Shown here: piece after piece, positions 22,863-32,706 of the stretch | How the letters are laid out: every line of letters starts with the position of its first letter | How positions within the stretch are numbered: the first letter of the stretch is position 1 | Source: Vicinamibacterales bacterium | Lineage (GTDB): Bacteria; Acidobacteriota; Vicinamibacteria; Vicinamibacterales; UBA2999 | DNA length: 64,000 nt | Direction: 5' to 3' | NCBI GenBank assembly: GCA_050247355.1 | Contig: JBFWUK010000006.1 | Location: 46,593 to 110,592, forward strand | Position numbers and translations under genes: made by a program | Notes under the pieces: generated by a model | Told to the model about the DNA's origin: nothing | Databases searched by the model: none | What the model saw: the letters and a program-made list of their open reading frames with translations, nothing else

Positions 22863-25361
22863 ATGCTGCAGGATCTTCGCTACGGACTTCGCCTCATGGC
22901 CCGGCGGCCGGGCTTTGCCGCCGTCGCCGTGGTCACCCTGGCGCTCGGCATCGGCACGACGACCGCCATCTTTGCCGTGACCGACCGGGTGCTGCTGCGC
23001 CCGGTGCCCTATGCCGACCCAGGCCGCCTGGCCGTGATCTGGGAGACCCCGCCCAACCACCCCTTGCCGATCATGTATGCGTCACCGCCTAACCTGCACG
23101 AGTGGCAGGTGCGGTCGCGGACCTTCGAGACCATGGGCGGCTTCCAGTGGCGGGACGTCACGCTCGGCGGGACCGAACCCGAACGCATCCGCGGCGCGCG
23201 GGTCACGGCCGGTCTGCTGCCGGCACTCGGCGTGCAGCCGCGACTCGGGCGGCTATTCCTTCCGGAAGAAGACCGCGCCGGAGCCAGGCCGGTGGTCCTG
23301 ATCAGCGACGCCCTGTGGCGCCGCCGCTTCCAGCAGGACCCAGCGATTCTCGGGCGCGCCGTGCCGATCGACGGCGTGCCGACCGAGATCGTCGGGGTGA
23401 TGCCGCCCGACTTCGAGTGCCCGCCGGCCGTGGTGCTGCGCGGTCCCGCGCCGGCGGAGCGGGCGGAGTTGTGGGTGCCGCACGCCACCAACCTCGAGTC
23501 CGGCCAGCGCGGCGCGCATTACCTCGCGGTGATCGGCCGGCTGCGGCCCGGCGCCACGTTCGATGTCGCGCACCGCGAGATGAACGGGATTCAGGCGCAG
23601 ATCGAACGAGAGAATCCGAGCTACCTCGGCTGGCGGGCCACCGTGATCCCCCTCGTGACGCAGGTCACCGAAAACTCGCGCCGCGCGGTCACGCTGCTGG
23701 TGGCCGCGGTGGCGTTCGTCCTGCTGCTCGCCTGCGCGAACGTGGCCAATCTGCTGCTCGCGCGCGGCGTCGGGCGCCGACGCGAGTTCGCCATTCGCAC
23801 CGCGCTGGGCGCCGGGCGCGCGCGCCTCGCCGTCCAGGTGATCGCCGAGTGCCTCGCGCTGGCGCTGGCCGGCGGAGTGGTCGGTCTCGCCGCCGCCGCC
23901 GGCCTGGTCAAGGTGATTGCCCTGCTCGGCCCGGCGTCGATGCCGGGCCTCCGCGACGTGACGATCAACGCGCGCACCGCCGGCTTCGCCATCGGCGCGT
24001 CGCTCCTGGCCGCGGTGCTGGCCGGCGCCATCCCGGCGGCCGGCGTGATCCGCGGCCGCCTCGTCGCCTGGCTGGCCGACCGCTCCGGAGGATCGGCGCC
24101 CGGCGCGGTGCGGGCGCAGCGGGCCCTGGCCGTCGGTCAGATCGCGATGGCCGTGGCGCTGCTGGTCACCGCGTCCTTGCTCGTGGAGAGCTTCCGCCAG
24201 CTGCGCGCCGTCGATCCGGGATTCGAACCGGCCCGCGTGACCACTGCGAAGGTCACGATTCCGACCTCGCGCTATCCCGACGCCGCCGCGCGCGTGCGCT
24301 TCGTCGAGAACCTGCTCGCCGGGATGGCCGCCATGCCGGGTGTGGTCTCGTCCGGGGTGATCGACGCGGTGCCGATCGCCGACAACCGGCAGGGCACCAG
24401 CTTCGAACGCCTGGACGGCCCCGCCGCCGACCCGTCGGCGCCACAGAACGCCAACGTCGCGTGGATCACCGAGGGCTACTTCGAGTCGATGGGCGTGCCG
24501 CTGCTGGCGGGCAGGGCGATCACCGAACGGGACAGCGCGGCCACCGATCGCGTGGTGGTGATCAACCGGCGGCTCGCCCGGCAGGTCTTCGGCGACGCCG
24601 ATCCGATCGGGCGGCTGGTGCGGGTCGGCACGTCCGCACAGGCGCCGTTTCAAGTGGTCGGCGTGGTCGGTGACGAGCGGCACACCGGCGTCGACACCGA
24701 GGCCACCGCGTCGTTCTTCCTCCCTTACCGGCAGGTGCCCGCGGTGAACAACCTCGCTCTCGTCGTCCGCACCGCCGCGGCGCCGGCGCCGGCGGCATCC
24801 CCCCTGGGGTCGCTGCTCGGTCCGTTGACCGCGAGCGTGTCCAGCGTCGTGGGACTCGACGGCACCAGCCGCGCTGTGCGCGACGTCGTCCGCCGTCTCG
24901 ACCCCGACATCGCGCTCTTCCAGGTCCGAACCATGGAGCAGGTGGTGGACGCGGCCGTGGCCACGCCGCGCTCGATGGCCTGGCTGCTGTCGGTGTTCGC
25001 GTTGTCGGCGTTGATGCTCGCGGCGATCGGTGTGTTCGGCGTGATGAGCCACGCAGTGAGCCAGCGCACGCGCGAGATCGGTGTGCGCATGGCGATTGGC
25101 GCCAGCCCGATCCGCATGATGACGGCGGTGCTTGGCGAGGGCCTCTCGCAGGTCGTGCTCGGACTGCTGCTGGGCTTGGCGTTGTCAGTGGTGACGTCAC
25201 GGTTGCTGGCCGGCCTGCTGTTCGGCGTGTCGGCACTCAGCCCGGCGCCCTACCTCGTGGTGATGGCGCTGCTGATGCTGGTGTCGCTGGCGGCGTGCCT
25301 GTGGCCGGCGCGCCGCGCGATGCGCGTCGACCCGGCCATCGCACTGCGTGCCGACGGATAG
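22863..25361 (+). CDS. Duplicated MacB/FtsX-type ABC permease (ADOP type)
   Basis: MLQDLRYGLR, ACANVANLLL, QRTREIGVRMAIGA, VDPAIALR. Confidence 0.9.
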   Translation: MLQDLRYGLRLMARRPGFAAVAVVTLALGIGTTTAIFAVTDRVLLRPVPYADPGRLAVIWETPPNHPLPIMYASPPNLHEWQVRSRTFETMGGFQWRDVTLGGTEPERIRGARVTAGLLPALGVQPRLGRLFLPEEDRAGARPVVLISDALWRRRFQQDPAILGRAVPIDGVPTEIVGVMPPDFECPPAVVLRGPAPAERAELWVPHATNLESGQRGAHYLAVIGRLRPGATFDVAHREMNGIQAQIERENPSYLGWRATVIPLVTQVTENSRRAVTLLVAAVAFVLLLACANVANLLLARGVGRRREFAIRTALGAGRARLAVQVIAECLALALAGGVVGLAAAAGLVKVIALLGPASMPGLRDVTINARTAGFAIGASLLAAVLAGAIPAAGVIRGRLVAWLADRSGGSAPGAVRAQRALAVGQIAMAVALLVTASLLVESFRQLRAVDPGFEPARVTTAKVTIPTSRYPDAAARVRFVENLLAGMAAMPGVVSSGVIDAVPIADNRQGTSFERLDGPAADPSAPQNANVAWITEGYFESMGVPLLAGRAITERDSAATDRVVVINRRLARQVFGDADPIGRLVRVGTSAQAPFQVVGVVGDERHTGVDTEATASFFLPYRQVPAVNNLALVVRTAAAPAPAASPLGSLLGPLTASVSSVVGLDGTSRAVRDVVRRLDPDIALFQVRTMEQVVDAAVATPRSMAWLLSVFALSALMLAAIGVFGVMSHAVSQRTREIGVRMAIGASPIRMMTAVLGEGLSQVVLGLLLGLALSVVTSRLLAGLLFGVSALSPAPYLVVMALLMLVSLAACLWPARRAMRVDPAIALRADG

Positions 25362-25396
25362 CTGCGGGCGCGGTATACAATGCCGCTAACCCCTGA

Positions 25397-26212
25397 ATGA
25401 CACGCCAGTATTGCCACATTGGCTCCAGCACTGTTGCCTATCTTGATTCGGCCCCTGGCGACAGCTCGCTGCGGACCTACGTGCTGCTGCACGCGTTTCC
25501 GCTCGGCGCCAACCAGTGGGAACCGCAAATGCGCAGCATTCCCGCTGGCTGGCGGCTGATTACCCCCGACCTGCGCGGCTTCGGCGGCTCGACCGAGCTC
25601 GATTCGCTGAGCGCGCTGGCGATTACCGACTACGCCGACGACGTGGTCGATCTGTTGGCCGAGCTGTCGATCGCGCGTGCCGTCATCGGCGGGCTGTCGA
25701 TGGGCGGCTATGCCGCGCTGGCGTTGCTCCAGGGGGCGCCGCAAATCATCGAGGGACTGGTGCTGGCCGACACCCGCGCCACCGCCGACTCGCCGGAAGG
25801 CCGCGCCAACCGCCGCAATATGCTGGCCCTGGTCGACCGCGAAGGACCGTCGGGCGTGGCCCGCGAGATGATGCCCAAGCTGCTGGGCAAGACGACCCGC
25901 GAGACGACCCCGGCCATCGAAGCCCAGGTCCGCCGGCTCATCAAGCAGCAGTCGCCGGTAGCGGTCCGCGGCGCCATCCACCGCATGATGCACCGGCCCG
26001 ACACGACGGCCCTGTTGCCGCACGTGACCGTGCCGACGCTGGTCATCGTCGGTGACGAGGACGAGCTGACGCCGCCGGACGAATCCCGCCGTATGGCCGA
26101 GGCGGTGCCTGGCGCCACCCTCGTCACCATCCCCGGTGCCGGTCACCTCTCGAACCTCGAGCAGCCGGATGCATTCAACGCCGCGTTGAACGCATTCTTG
26201 GCTAAGCTCTAA
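25397..26212 (+). CDS. Alpha/beta hydrolase
   Basis: LLHAFP, DLRGFG, GLSMGG nucleophile elbow, GDED, GHLSNLE. Confidence 0.9.
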   Translation: MTRQYCHIGSSTVAYLDSAPGDSSLRTYVLLHAFPLGANQWEPQMRSIPAGWRLITPDLRGFGGSTELDSLSALAITDYADDVVDLLAELSIARAVIGGLSMGGYAALALLQGAPQIIEGLVLADTRATADSPEGRANRRNMLALVDREGPSGVAREMMPKLLGKTTRETTPAIEAQVRRLIKQQSPVAVRGAIHRMMHRPDTTALLPHVTVPTLVIVGDEDELTPPDESRRMAEAVPGATLVTIPGAGHLSNLEQPDAFNAALNAFLAKL

Positions 26213-26217
26213 GGACG

Positions 26218-27051
26218 ATGCGGTTTTTCACGGTTGTCCTCCTTCTGTTGATCACGGTTACCCACCCCGCGGCGCAAGAGCCGGCGCCGGTCGCAGTGGA
26301 TCCGCTGCACAAGCCGTTCGACGAGATTCTCGACCTCTACGTCCGCGACGGCCTCGTCTACTACTACGCGCTGCGCCAGGAGCGGGCCAAGTTCGATCGC
26401 TACGTCGCCGCGCTTGGCGCCGTTGGCGCCGACACCGTGGCCAAGTGGCCGCAACCACGCCGGCTGGCCTACTGGATCAACGCCTACAACGCGTTCGTTA
26501 TGCGCACCGTGATCGACCATTACCCGATCCGCGGCAAGGCCGCCGACTACCCGGCCAACAGCATTCGCCAGATCTCCGGCGCCTTCGAGCGGCGCACCTT
26601 CCGTGCCGCCGGCCGGATGTTGACCCTCGATGCCATCGAACGAGATGTCATCGCCGGCTTCGACGACCCGCGCGCCTTGCTGGCGCTCAGCCGCGGCGCC
26701 GTCGGCGGCAGCCGCCTCAAGAGCGAAGCGTTCACGGCCGACCGGCTCGACCAGCAGTTGACGACGATGGCCGGCGAGCTGGTGACGCGGCGGGAACTGG
26801 TGGAGGTCGACGCCATCAACAACCGGCTGTCGGTGAACCCGATGTTCTCGTGGCGAGAGGACCTGTTCGCGCGAACCCTCGCTCATCGCGCGCCGGATCT
26901 GTACGCATCGCGCAGCCCGTTGGAGCGGGCCGTGCTGGCGCTGATCGAACCGTTGATCGTGCCGGGCGAGCGCGAGTTTCTGCGCAAGAACGGATTCAGC
27001 ATGGTGTTTCACGAGTTCGATTGGCGGCTGAACGATCTGACCGGTCGCTGA
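26218..27051 (+). CDS. DUF547-like exported protein
   Basis: Signal peptide; LAYWINAYNA, TLDAIE, DPR, FDWRLN. Confidence 0.75.
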   Translation: MRFFTVVLLLLITVTHPAAQEPAPVAVDPLHKPFDEILDLYVRDGLVYYYALRQERAKFDRYVAALGAVGADTVAKWPQPRRLAYWINAYNAFVMRTVIDHYPIRGKAADYPANSIRQISGAFERRTFRAAGRMLTLDAIERDVIAGFDDPRALLALSRGAVGGSRLKSEAFTADRLDQQLTTMAGELVTRRELVEVDAINNRLSVNPMFSWREDLFARTLAHRAPDLYASRSPLERAVLALIEPLIVPGEREFLRKNGFSMVFHEFDWRLNDLTGR

Positions 27052-27115
27052 TCTGGTGTTCTCGCGACGTGTTGATCTTGTGATTTGGGTTCCGGATTTG
27101 GGGATTTGACGATCT
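27050..27115. repeat. Degenerate 8 bp tandem repeat (GATTTGGG-like)
   Basis: GATCTTGT, GATTTGGG x2, GATTTGAC and GATCT in the intergenic gap. Confidence 0.5.
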
Positions 27116-27889
27116 ATGGATTTACTGCTCGCGGGTAAGGTCGCGGTCGTGACGGGTGGCAGCCGGGGGTTGGGGCTGGCGGCGGCGCAGGCGTTGATTG
27201 CCGAAGGTGCGCATGTCGTGATCTGCGCGCGGGGCGCCGAGCAACTGCAGCTGGCGGTCGAGCAGTTGCGCGCGGCCGCGGCGAACGGGGCTCGCGCCGA
27301 AGCGGTGACCGCCGACGTCGCGACTCAGCACGGCGTGGCGGCGGTCATCGACGCGGCGGTCAAGACCTTTGGGCGGCTGGACGTGCTGGTCAATAACGTC
27401 GGCGTGGCGAAGGGCGGCGACCTCGAAGCGACCAGCGACGCCGAATGGCACGAAGCGTTCGATCACACCTTGTTTCCCGCGATTCGCGCCTCGCGCCTGG
27501 CCGCGCCACACCTGCGCAAGCAGGGCGGCGCGATTGTGATCGTGTCGTCGATCTTCGGTCGCGAAGCCGGCGGCCGCATGACCTACAACGCGGTGAAGGC
27601 CGCGGAGATCAGCCTGACCAAGTCGCTGGCGCAGCAACTGGCGAAGGATCAGATCCGCGTCGTCTCGGTTGCTCCCGGCTCGATCATGTTCGAGGGCGGT
27701 TCCTGGTGGAAGCGCCAGCAGGCCGACCCCACGGGCATCGCCGAGTTCGTCAGCCGCGAGTTGCCGTTCGGCCGGTTCGGCCGGCCCGAAGAAGTCGGCG
27801 CCGCCATCGCCTTTCTCGCCTCACCCAAGGCCAGTTGGATCAGCGGCACCACCGTGGTGGTGGATGGCTGCCAGTCGCGGATGTTCTAA
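27116..27889 (+). CDS. Short-chain dehydrogenase/reductase
   Basis: TGGSRGLG, NNVG, YNAVK. Confidence 0.92.
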   Translation: MDLLLAGKVAVVTGGSRGLGLAAAQALIAEGAHVVICARGAEQLQLAVEQLRAAAANGARAEAVTADVATQHGVAAVIDAAVKTFGRLDVLVNNVGVAKGGDLEATSDAEWHEAFDHTLFPAIRASRLAAPHLRKQGGAIVIVSSIFGREAGGRMTYNAVKAAEISLTKSLAQQLAKDQIRVVSVAPGSIMFEGGSWWKRQQADPTGIAEFVSRELPFGRFGRPEEVGAAIAFLASPKASWISGTTVVVDGCQSRMF

Positions 27890-27922
27890 GCCGTCGATCC
27901 ACCGATCGGCCGCCGGCGGTGC

Positions 27923-29248
27923 TTACTCGCCGGCCGCGCGCCGGAACCACACGTAGTACACCGGCAGTCCCAACAACACCACGCCGAACGTGATCGAGGT
28001 CCACACTGGATCCGTGATCAGCGCGTTGATGACCAGGTACACGGCGGCGGCAACGAAGACAGCCGGCACGAACGGGTATCCGACCACCTTGTACGGACGA
28101 TTGAGATTGGGCTGCGACTTGCGCAGCGTGTAAATGGCAGCCACGCTCAGGGCATAGAACGGCCACATCGCCAGCACGAACGTGTCGGTCAGTTGCTCGA
28201 AGGTCTGCGTCATGACCATCGCCACACCCAGTACCGTAGCCAGGGCGATGGCGAGGTACGGGGTCTTCCAGGTCGGATGCACCCTGGCGATCGGCGCAAA
28301 CAGCAGCTTGTCGTCGGCCATCGCGAAGAAGATGCGCGGCGAGGCGAGCATGCTGCCCATCAGCGACCCGAACGTCGACACCATGACCACCACGGCGATG
28401 AACGAGACCCCGACCTGGCCGAACAGCGCGCCCATGGTGTCGGCGGCAATCAGCGGCGAGCTGGCCATCTTCTCGATCGGGCTGACATACAGGTAGGCCG
28501 CGTTCGCCAGCACGTAGATGGCGATGATCATCACCGTGCCGATGATGATCGCGCGTGGCAGGTTGCGCTGCGGGTCCTTGACCTCGCCGCTGGCAAAGGT
28601 CAGGTCGGCGAAGCCGTCGTACGCCCACATCACCGAGATCAGCGCCAGGCCAAACACCCCGGCGTCGACCGCCGCGCCGTTCGAGGCCAGGTGGCCGAAC
28701 GAGGCGCCGGCGTTGCCGCCCAGCAGGAACGACGCCAGCACCAGCAGCGCCAGCGCCCCGAACTTGGTGATGGTCGAGATGCCGGCGAACAGCGCCCCCA
28801 GGTGGACGCCGACGATGTTGGTGGCGCCGGCAAAGATGATGGCGCCGGCCGCCAGATAGTCCGCCCACGCCGGATGGGCGATGGGATCGAGCCCGAAGAC
28901 CCTCATGAAGTACTCGCCGAACACCGACGAGATGCCGCCGAGCGCCGCCGCGCGGATCAGCACCAGTTGCGCCCACCCGTACAGGAAGCCGAATGGCCGG
29001 CCCCAGCCCTCGCGCAGATAGACGTACATGCCGCCGGTTTCGGGCATGGCCGCCGACAGTTCCGCGAAGGCCAGCGCGCCGCACAAGACGATGATGCCGC
29101 CGACGATCCAGACGCCCATCATCAGCATGGGATCGGGCACCCGGGTGGCAATGCCGGCGGGCGTGCGGAAGATACCGCCACCGATGGTGATGCCGATGAC
29201 GATGCCAATCGAACTCAACAGGCCGAGGCGGCGGACGAGAGTAGGCAT
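27923..29248 (-). CDS. APC-family amino acid permease
   Basis: IGGGIF, AELS..P..GG.Y.Y, WAYDG, EVKDP, RPYKV; about 12 TM helices. Confidence 0.9.
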   Translation of the reverse strand: MPTLVRRLGLLSSIGIVIGITIGGGIFRTPAGIATRVPDPMLMMGVWIVGGIIVLCGALAFAELSAAMPETGGMYVYLREGWGRPFGFLYGWAQLVLIRAAALGGISSVFGEYFMRVFGLDPIAHPAWADYLAAGAIIFAGATNIVGVHLGALFAGISTITKFGALALLVLASFLLGGNAGASFGHLASNGAAVDAGVFGLALISVMWAYDGFADLTFASGEVKDPQRNLPRAIIIGTVMIIAIYVLANAAYLYVSPIEKMASSPLIAADTMGALFGQVGVSFIAVVVMVSTFGSLMGSMLASPRIFFAMADDKLLFAPIARVHPTWKTPYLAIALATVLGVAMVMTQTFEQLTDTFVLAMWPFYALSVAAIYTLRKSQPNLNRPYKVVGYPFVPAVFVAAAVYLVINALITDPVWTSITFGVVLLGLPVYYVWFRRAAGE

Positions 29249-29274
29249 GGTTGTTGGGAACTATAATGGAAACC

Positions 29275-30117
29275 ATGAACCGACTCGCCTCGATTCTGCT
29301 GTTGGCGCTCTTGCTGCCCGCCGCCGCGATGGCGCAAGAGCCGGGGGTGGACGAAGAGGAATGCAAGGGGCAGGACTCGCCGCTCCTGTCGCGGATGCCC
29401 GGATGTGGCATCTTCGAGTGCTCGAAGAAGGACTTCGACGCGTTCGACCTGGTCATCAACAAGGCCGGCGAAACGCAGTCGCTCGAGGGCGCCGGACAGC
29501 GGTTGAATTACGTCTGCCCCGCCACCAGCTCGCCGTTGCAGTTGCTCCGCAACACCGAAGCGGCGCTGCGCCAGGCCGGCTACTCGGTGGTGTTCAGCGG
29601 CCGGCACGAAGCCGACGAGTTCCCGGCCGTGACCGCCCGCAAGGGCTCCCAGTGGATTGCCGTGCAGACCTCGATGTTCAACGAGTTCCCGACCTACCTG
29701 ATGACCACCGTGCTGGTGAAGGAAATGGCGCAGGAGATGTCGGCCAGCGCCCAGGCCATGTCGGACGCCATGATCAGGAGCGGCCGGCTCGACGTCTACG
29801 GCATTACCTTCGCGACCGGGCAGGCCGCCATCACGCCGGCCTCCGACGCCGTGCTCAACGACGTGCTGGCCGTGCTGTCAGCCAATCCGGACTGGAAGCT
29901 CAGGATTGAGGGCCATACCGACAACGTGGGCGACGCCGCCGCGAACCTGAAGCTTTCGAACGCGCGCGCGGCCGCGGTGGCGGCATGGCTGACCGGCAAG
30001 GGCATCGACGCGACCCGGCTGACCACGGCCGGCCTGGGCGACACCCAGCCGGTGGGCGAGAACACGACCGAGGATGGCCGTGCCCGCAACCGCCGCGTCG
30101 TGCTGGTGAAGATGTAG
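29275..30117 (+). CDS. OmpA-family peptidoglycan-binding domain protein
   Basis: Signal peptide; IEGHTD, LSNARA, NRRV. Confidence 0.88.
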   Translation: MNRLASILLLALLLPAAAMAQEPGVDEEECKGQDSPLLSRMPGCGIFECSKKDFDAFDLVINKAGETQSLEGAGQRLNYVCPATSSPLQLLRNTEAALRQAGYSVVFSGRHEADEFPAVTARKGSQWIAVQTSMFNEFPTYLMTTVLVKEMAQEMSASAQAMSDAMIRSGRLDVYGITFATGQAAITPASDAVLNDVLAVLSANPDWKLRIEGHTDNVGDAAANLKLSNARAAAVAAWLTGKGIDATRLTTAGLGDTQPVGENTTEDGRARNRRVVLVKM

Positions 30118-30137
30118 CATCCGCCTTTAGGCGGATG
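30114..30137 (+). repeat. GTAG-type REP
   Basis: GTAG-CATCCGCC-TTTA-GGCGGATG; the TAG is the stop codon of the OmpA-family gene. Confidence 0.75.
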
Positions 30138-30202
30138 GATCAGCTTTTGTTCTTTGTTCGCCCTTTCGTCCAATGATCGTGTAGCATTGCACACGATTAC
30201 CT

Positions 30203-32704
30203 ATGGCGTCAGATAAAGCGACGCTGCCCGCACGGCGCTCGCTCGAACACAAGCAGATAGCCCTCCAGAGCGCCCTTCAGGTCCTGGCCTCAGGCTCGGC
30301 CATCGACCGGCCGGATACTCCAGACGAAGTGGTGACGGCGGTGCGGCGGCTGCCTGCGGTCGAGGCGGCGTACGCCGCGTTCCCGGCAGGCATTGATGCC
30401 CGGCTGCGTGCCGCGTTCGAAGCGCGCGGCGTCCAGCAGTTGTATACGCACCAGGCCGAGTCGTTCGACCTGGTGGCCCAGGGCAAGCAGGTCGTCGTCA
30501 CGACGCCAACGGCGTCGGGCAAGACGCTGTGCTACAACCTGCCGGTTCTCGATCGCATTCTGAAGAACCCGGCGACCCGCGCGCTCTACCTGTTTCCAAC
30601 CAAGGCGCTGGCGCAGGACCAGATGGCCGAACTGCACGAGCTGGTCGGGGCGATTGGCAACGCCAGTGGTGAAGAAATCGGCGTGCACACCTACGACGGC
30701 GATACGCCGCAGGATGCGCGCCGCACCATCCGCACCAAGGCCCACATCGTGCTCAGCAATCCCGACATGGTGCATTCGGGGATCCTGCCGCACCATCCGC
30801 GCTGGGCCAAGCTGTTCGAGAACCTGCAGTTCATCGTCATCGACGAACTCCACGCGTATCGCGGCGTCTTCGGCAGCCACCTGGCCAACGTGTTGCGGCG
30901 GCTGCAGCGTATCTGCCGGCACTACGGCTCCGATCCGCAGTTCATCTGCTCGTCGGCGACCATTGCCAACCCGTCGGAACTGGCCGAGCGGCTGGTGGAG
31001 CGTCCGTTCTCGCTGGTCGCAAAGAGCGGCGCCCCGAGGGGCGAGAAGTACTTTGTCTTCGTCAACCCGCCGGTGGTCAATCGCGAGTTGGGGATTCGCC
31101 GCTCGTACGTGGCCGAATCGCGGCGGGTGGCCGGCGAGTTCCTGCGCCGCAACCTGCAAGTCATTGTCTTCGCGCAGAGCCGGCTCACGACCGAAATCCT
31201 GACCACCTACCTGAAGGAGGATTTCGAGGACGTGCCAGGGATGCCCGAGCGCATTCGCGGCTACCGTGGCGGCTACCTGCCGTTGCGCCGGCGCGAAATC
31301 GAGAAGGGCTTGCGCGCCGGCCAGGTGCGGGGCGTGGTGTCGACCAATGCGCTCGAGCTGGGCATTGATATCGGCGCCCTCGACGTGTGCGTGATGGCCG
31401 GCTACCCGGGCACCATTGCCTCGACCTGGCAGCGCGCCGGCCGCGCCGGCCGCCGCACCGGCCAGTCGGCGGCGGTCATGGTGTCGTCGAGTTCGCCGAT
31501 CGACCAGTTTGTCGTCCGCCACCCGTCGTATTTCTTCGACGCGTCGCCCGAGCATGCGCTGGTCAACCCCGACAACCTGCACATCCTCGTGGACCACGTG
31601 AAGTGCGCGGCGTTCGAACTGCCGTTCACCACCGAGGAGTCGTACGGCCAGGTCCACCCCAACGCGCAGAGTCCGCGCGTTGGGGGCCCCGGGGTGAACG
31701 TCCAGGAAGTGCTCGGCGTGCTGCAGGAGTCGGGACTGGTGCACCGCTCCGGCCAGGACGATGCGGCGGGGCAGTGGCACTGGACGAGCGAATCGTATCC
31801 GGCCAACGCGGTCAGCCTGCGATCGATCTCGTCCGACAATTTCGTGATTACCGATCACACCAGCGGCGCGAAGGTGATCGGCGAAACCGACTTCACCAGC
31901 GCGCTGTCGACCCTGCACCCCAAAGCCATCTACATGGTGGAAGGGAAGATCTTCCAGGTGGAGGAACTCGACTTCGTCGGCCGCAAGGCGCACGTCAGGG
32001 AAGTGGACTGCGACTACTACACCACGGCGATCACCTACACCAAGGTGACCATTCTGGACCGCTTTGCCGCCGACGCGCCCCACGTCGCGTTGCACGGCGA
32101 GGTGCACGTGGTGTCGCGGGTGGTTGGTTTCAAGAAGATCAAGTTCCACACCAACGAGAACGTCGGTTCTGGCGAGCTCGACCTGCCCGAGCAGCAGATG
32201 CACACCACGTCGTACTGGCTCGAGATTCCGCTGCCGGTGATGAACGCGCTGCCCTATGCTGCCGACGATCGCCGCGATGGGGTGGTCGGGCTCGCGTTTG
32301 CGATGAAGCAGGTCGCGCAGTTGCTGCTGATGTGCGACGCGCGTGATATCGGCCTCTCGGTGAACACGGGCGATCAGGACCAGTCCGGAACGGACTGGTC
32401 GAGCCGAAGCGCCGAAGGCGCGAAGGCGGATATCCCCCGGGTCTTCATCTACGACGCCTACCCCGGCGGCATAGGCTTCAGCGCCCCCTTGTGGGGCATG
32501 CAGCAGGAGCTGTTGTCGAAGACGAGCGCGCTGATTGCCGGTTGTGACTGCGAAACCGGCTGCCCGATGTGCGTCGGACCGATTGGCGAGACCGGTCCAC
32601 TGGCGAAGACCGTCGCGTTGCGGTTGCTCGAGCACCTGCTGAACGGCGCCAACGAACTGCCGCCGCCGGCCCTGGCGGCCGCCGAAGAAGAAGTGCCGTT
32701 CTAG
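30203..32704 (+). CDS. DEAH helicase with C-terminal DUF1998/four-Cys domain (MrfA/SftH/Hrq1-like)
   Basis: PTASGKT, PTKALAQDQ, DELH, SAT, QRAGRAGR, YDAYPGG, CDCETGCPMC. Confidence 0.9.
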   Translation: MASDKATLPARRSLEHKQIALQSALQVLASGSAIDRPDTPDEVVTAVRRLPAVEAAYAAFPAGIDARLRAAFEARGVQQLYTHQAESFDLVAQGKQVVVTTPTASGKTLCYNLPVLDRILKNPATRALYLFPTKALAQDQMAELHELVGAIGNASGEEIGVHTYDGDTPQDARRTIRTKAHIVLSNPDMVHSGILPHHPRWAKLFENLQFIVIDELHAYRGVFGSHLANVLRRLQRICRHYGSDPQFICSSATIANPSELAERLVERPFSLVAKSGAPRGEKYFVFVNPPVVNRELGIRRSYVAESRRVAGEFLRRNLQVIVFAQSRLTTEILTTYLKEDFEDVPGMPERIRGYRGGYLPLRRREIEKGLRAGQVRGVVSTNALELGIDIGALDVCVMAGYPGTIASTWQRAGRAGRRTGQSAAVMVSSSSPIDQFVVRHPSYFFDASPEHALVNPDNLHILVDHVKCAAFELPFTTEESYGQVHPNAQSPRVGGPGVNVQEVLGVLQESGLVHRSGQDDAAGQWHWTSESYPANAVSLRSISSDNFVITDHTSGAKVIGETDFTSALSTLHPKAIYMVEGKIFQVEELDFVGRKAHVREVDCDYYTTAITYTKVTILDRFAADAPHVALHGEVHVVSRVVGFKKIKFHTNENVGSGELDLPEQQMHTTSYWLEIPLPVMNALPYAADDRRDGVVGLAFAMKQVAQLLLMCDARDIGLSVNTGDQDQSGTDWSSRSAEGAKADIPRVFIYDAYPGGIGFSAPLWGMQQELLSKTSALIAGCDCETGCPMCVGPIGETGPLAKTVALRLLEHLLNGANELPPPALAAAEEEVPF

Positions 32705-32706
32705 CG

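Noticed and set aside
30203..32704. DISARM/Druantia-type defence helicase
   Set aside because: The neighbour is a YprB/MrfB-like exonuclease and no other defence genes are adjacent.
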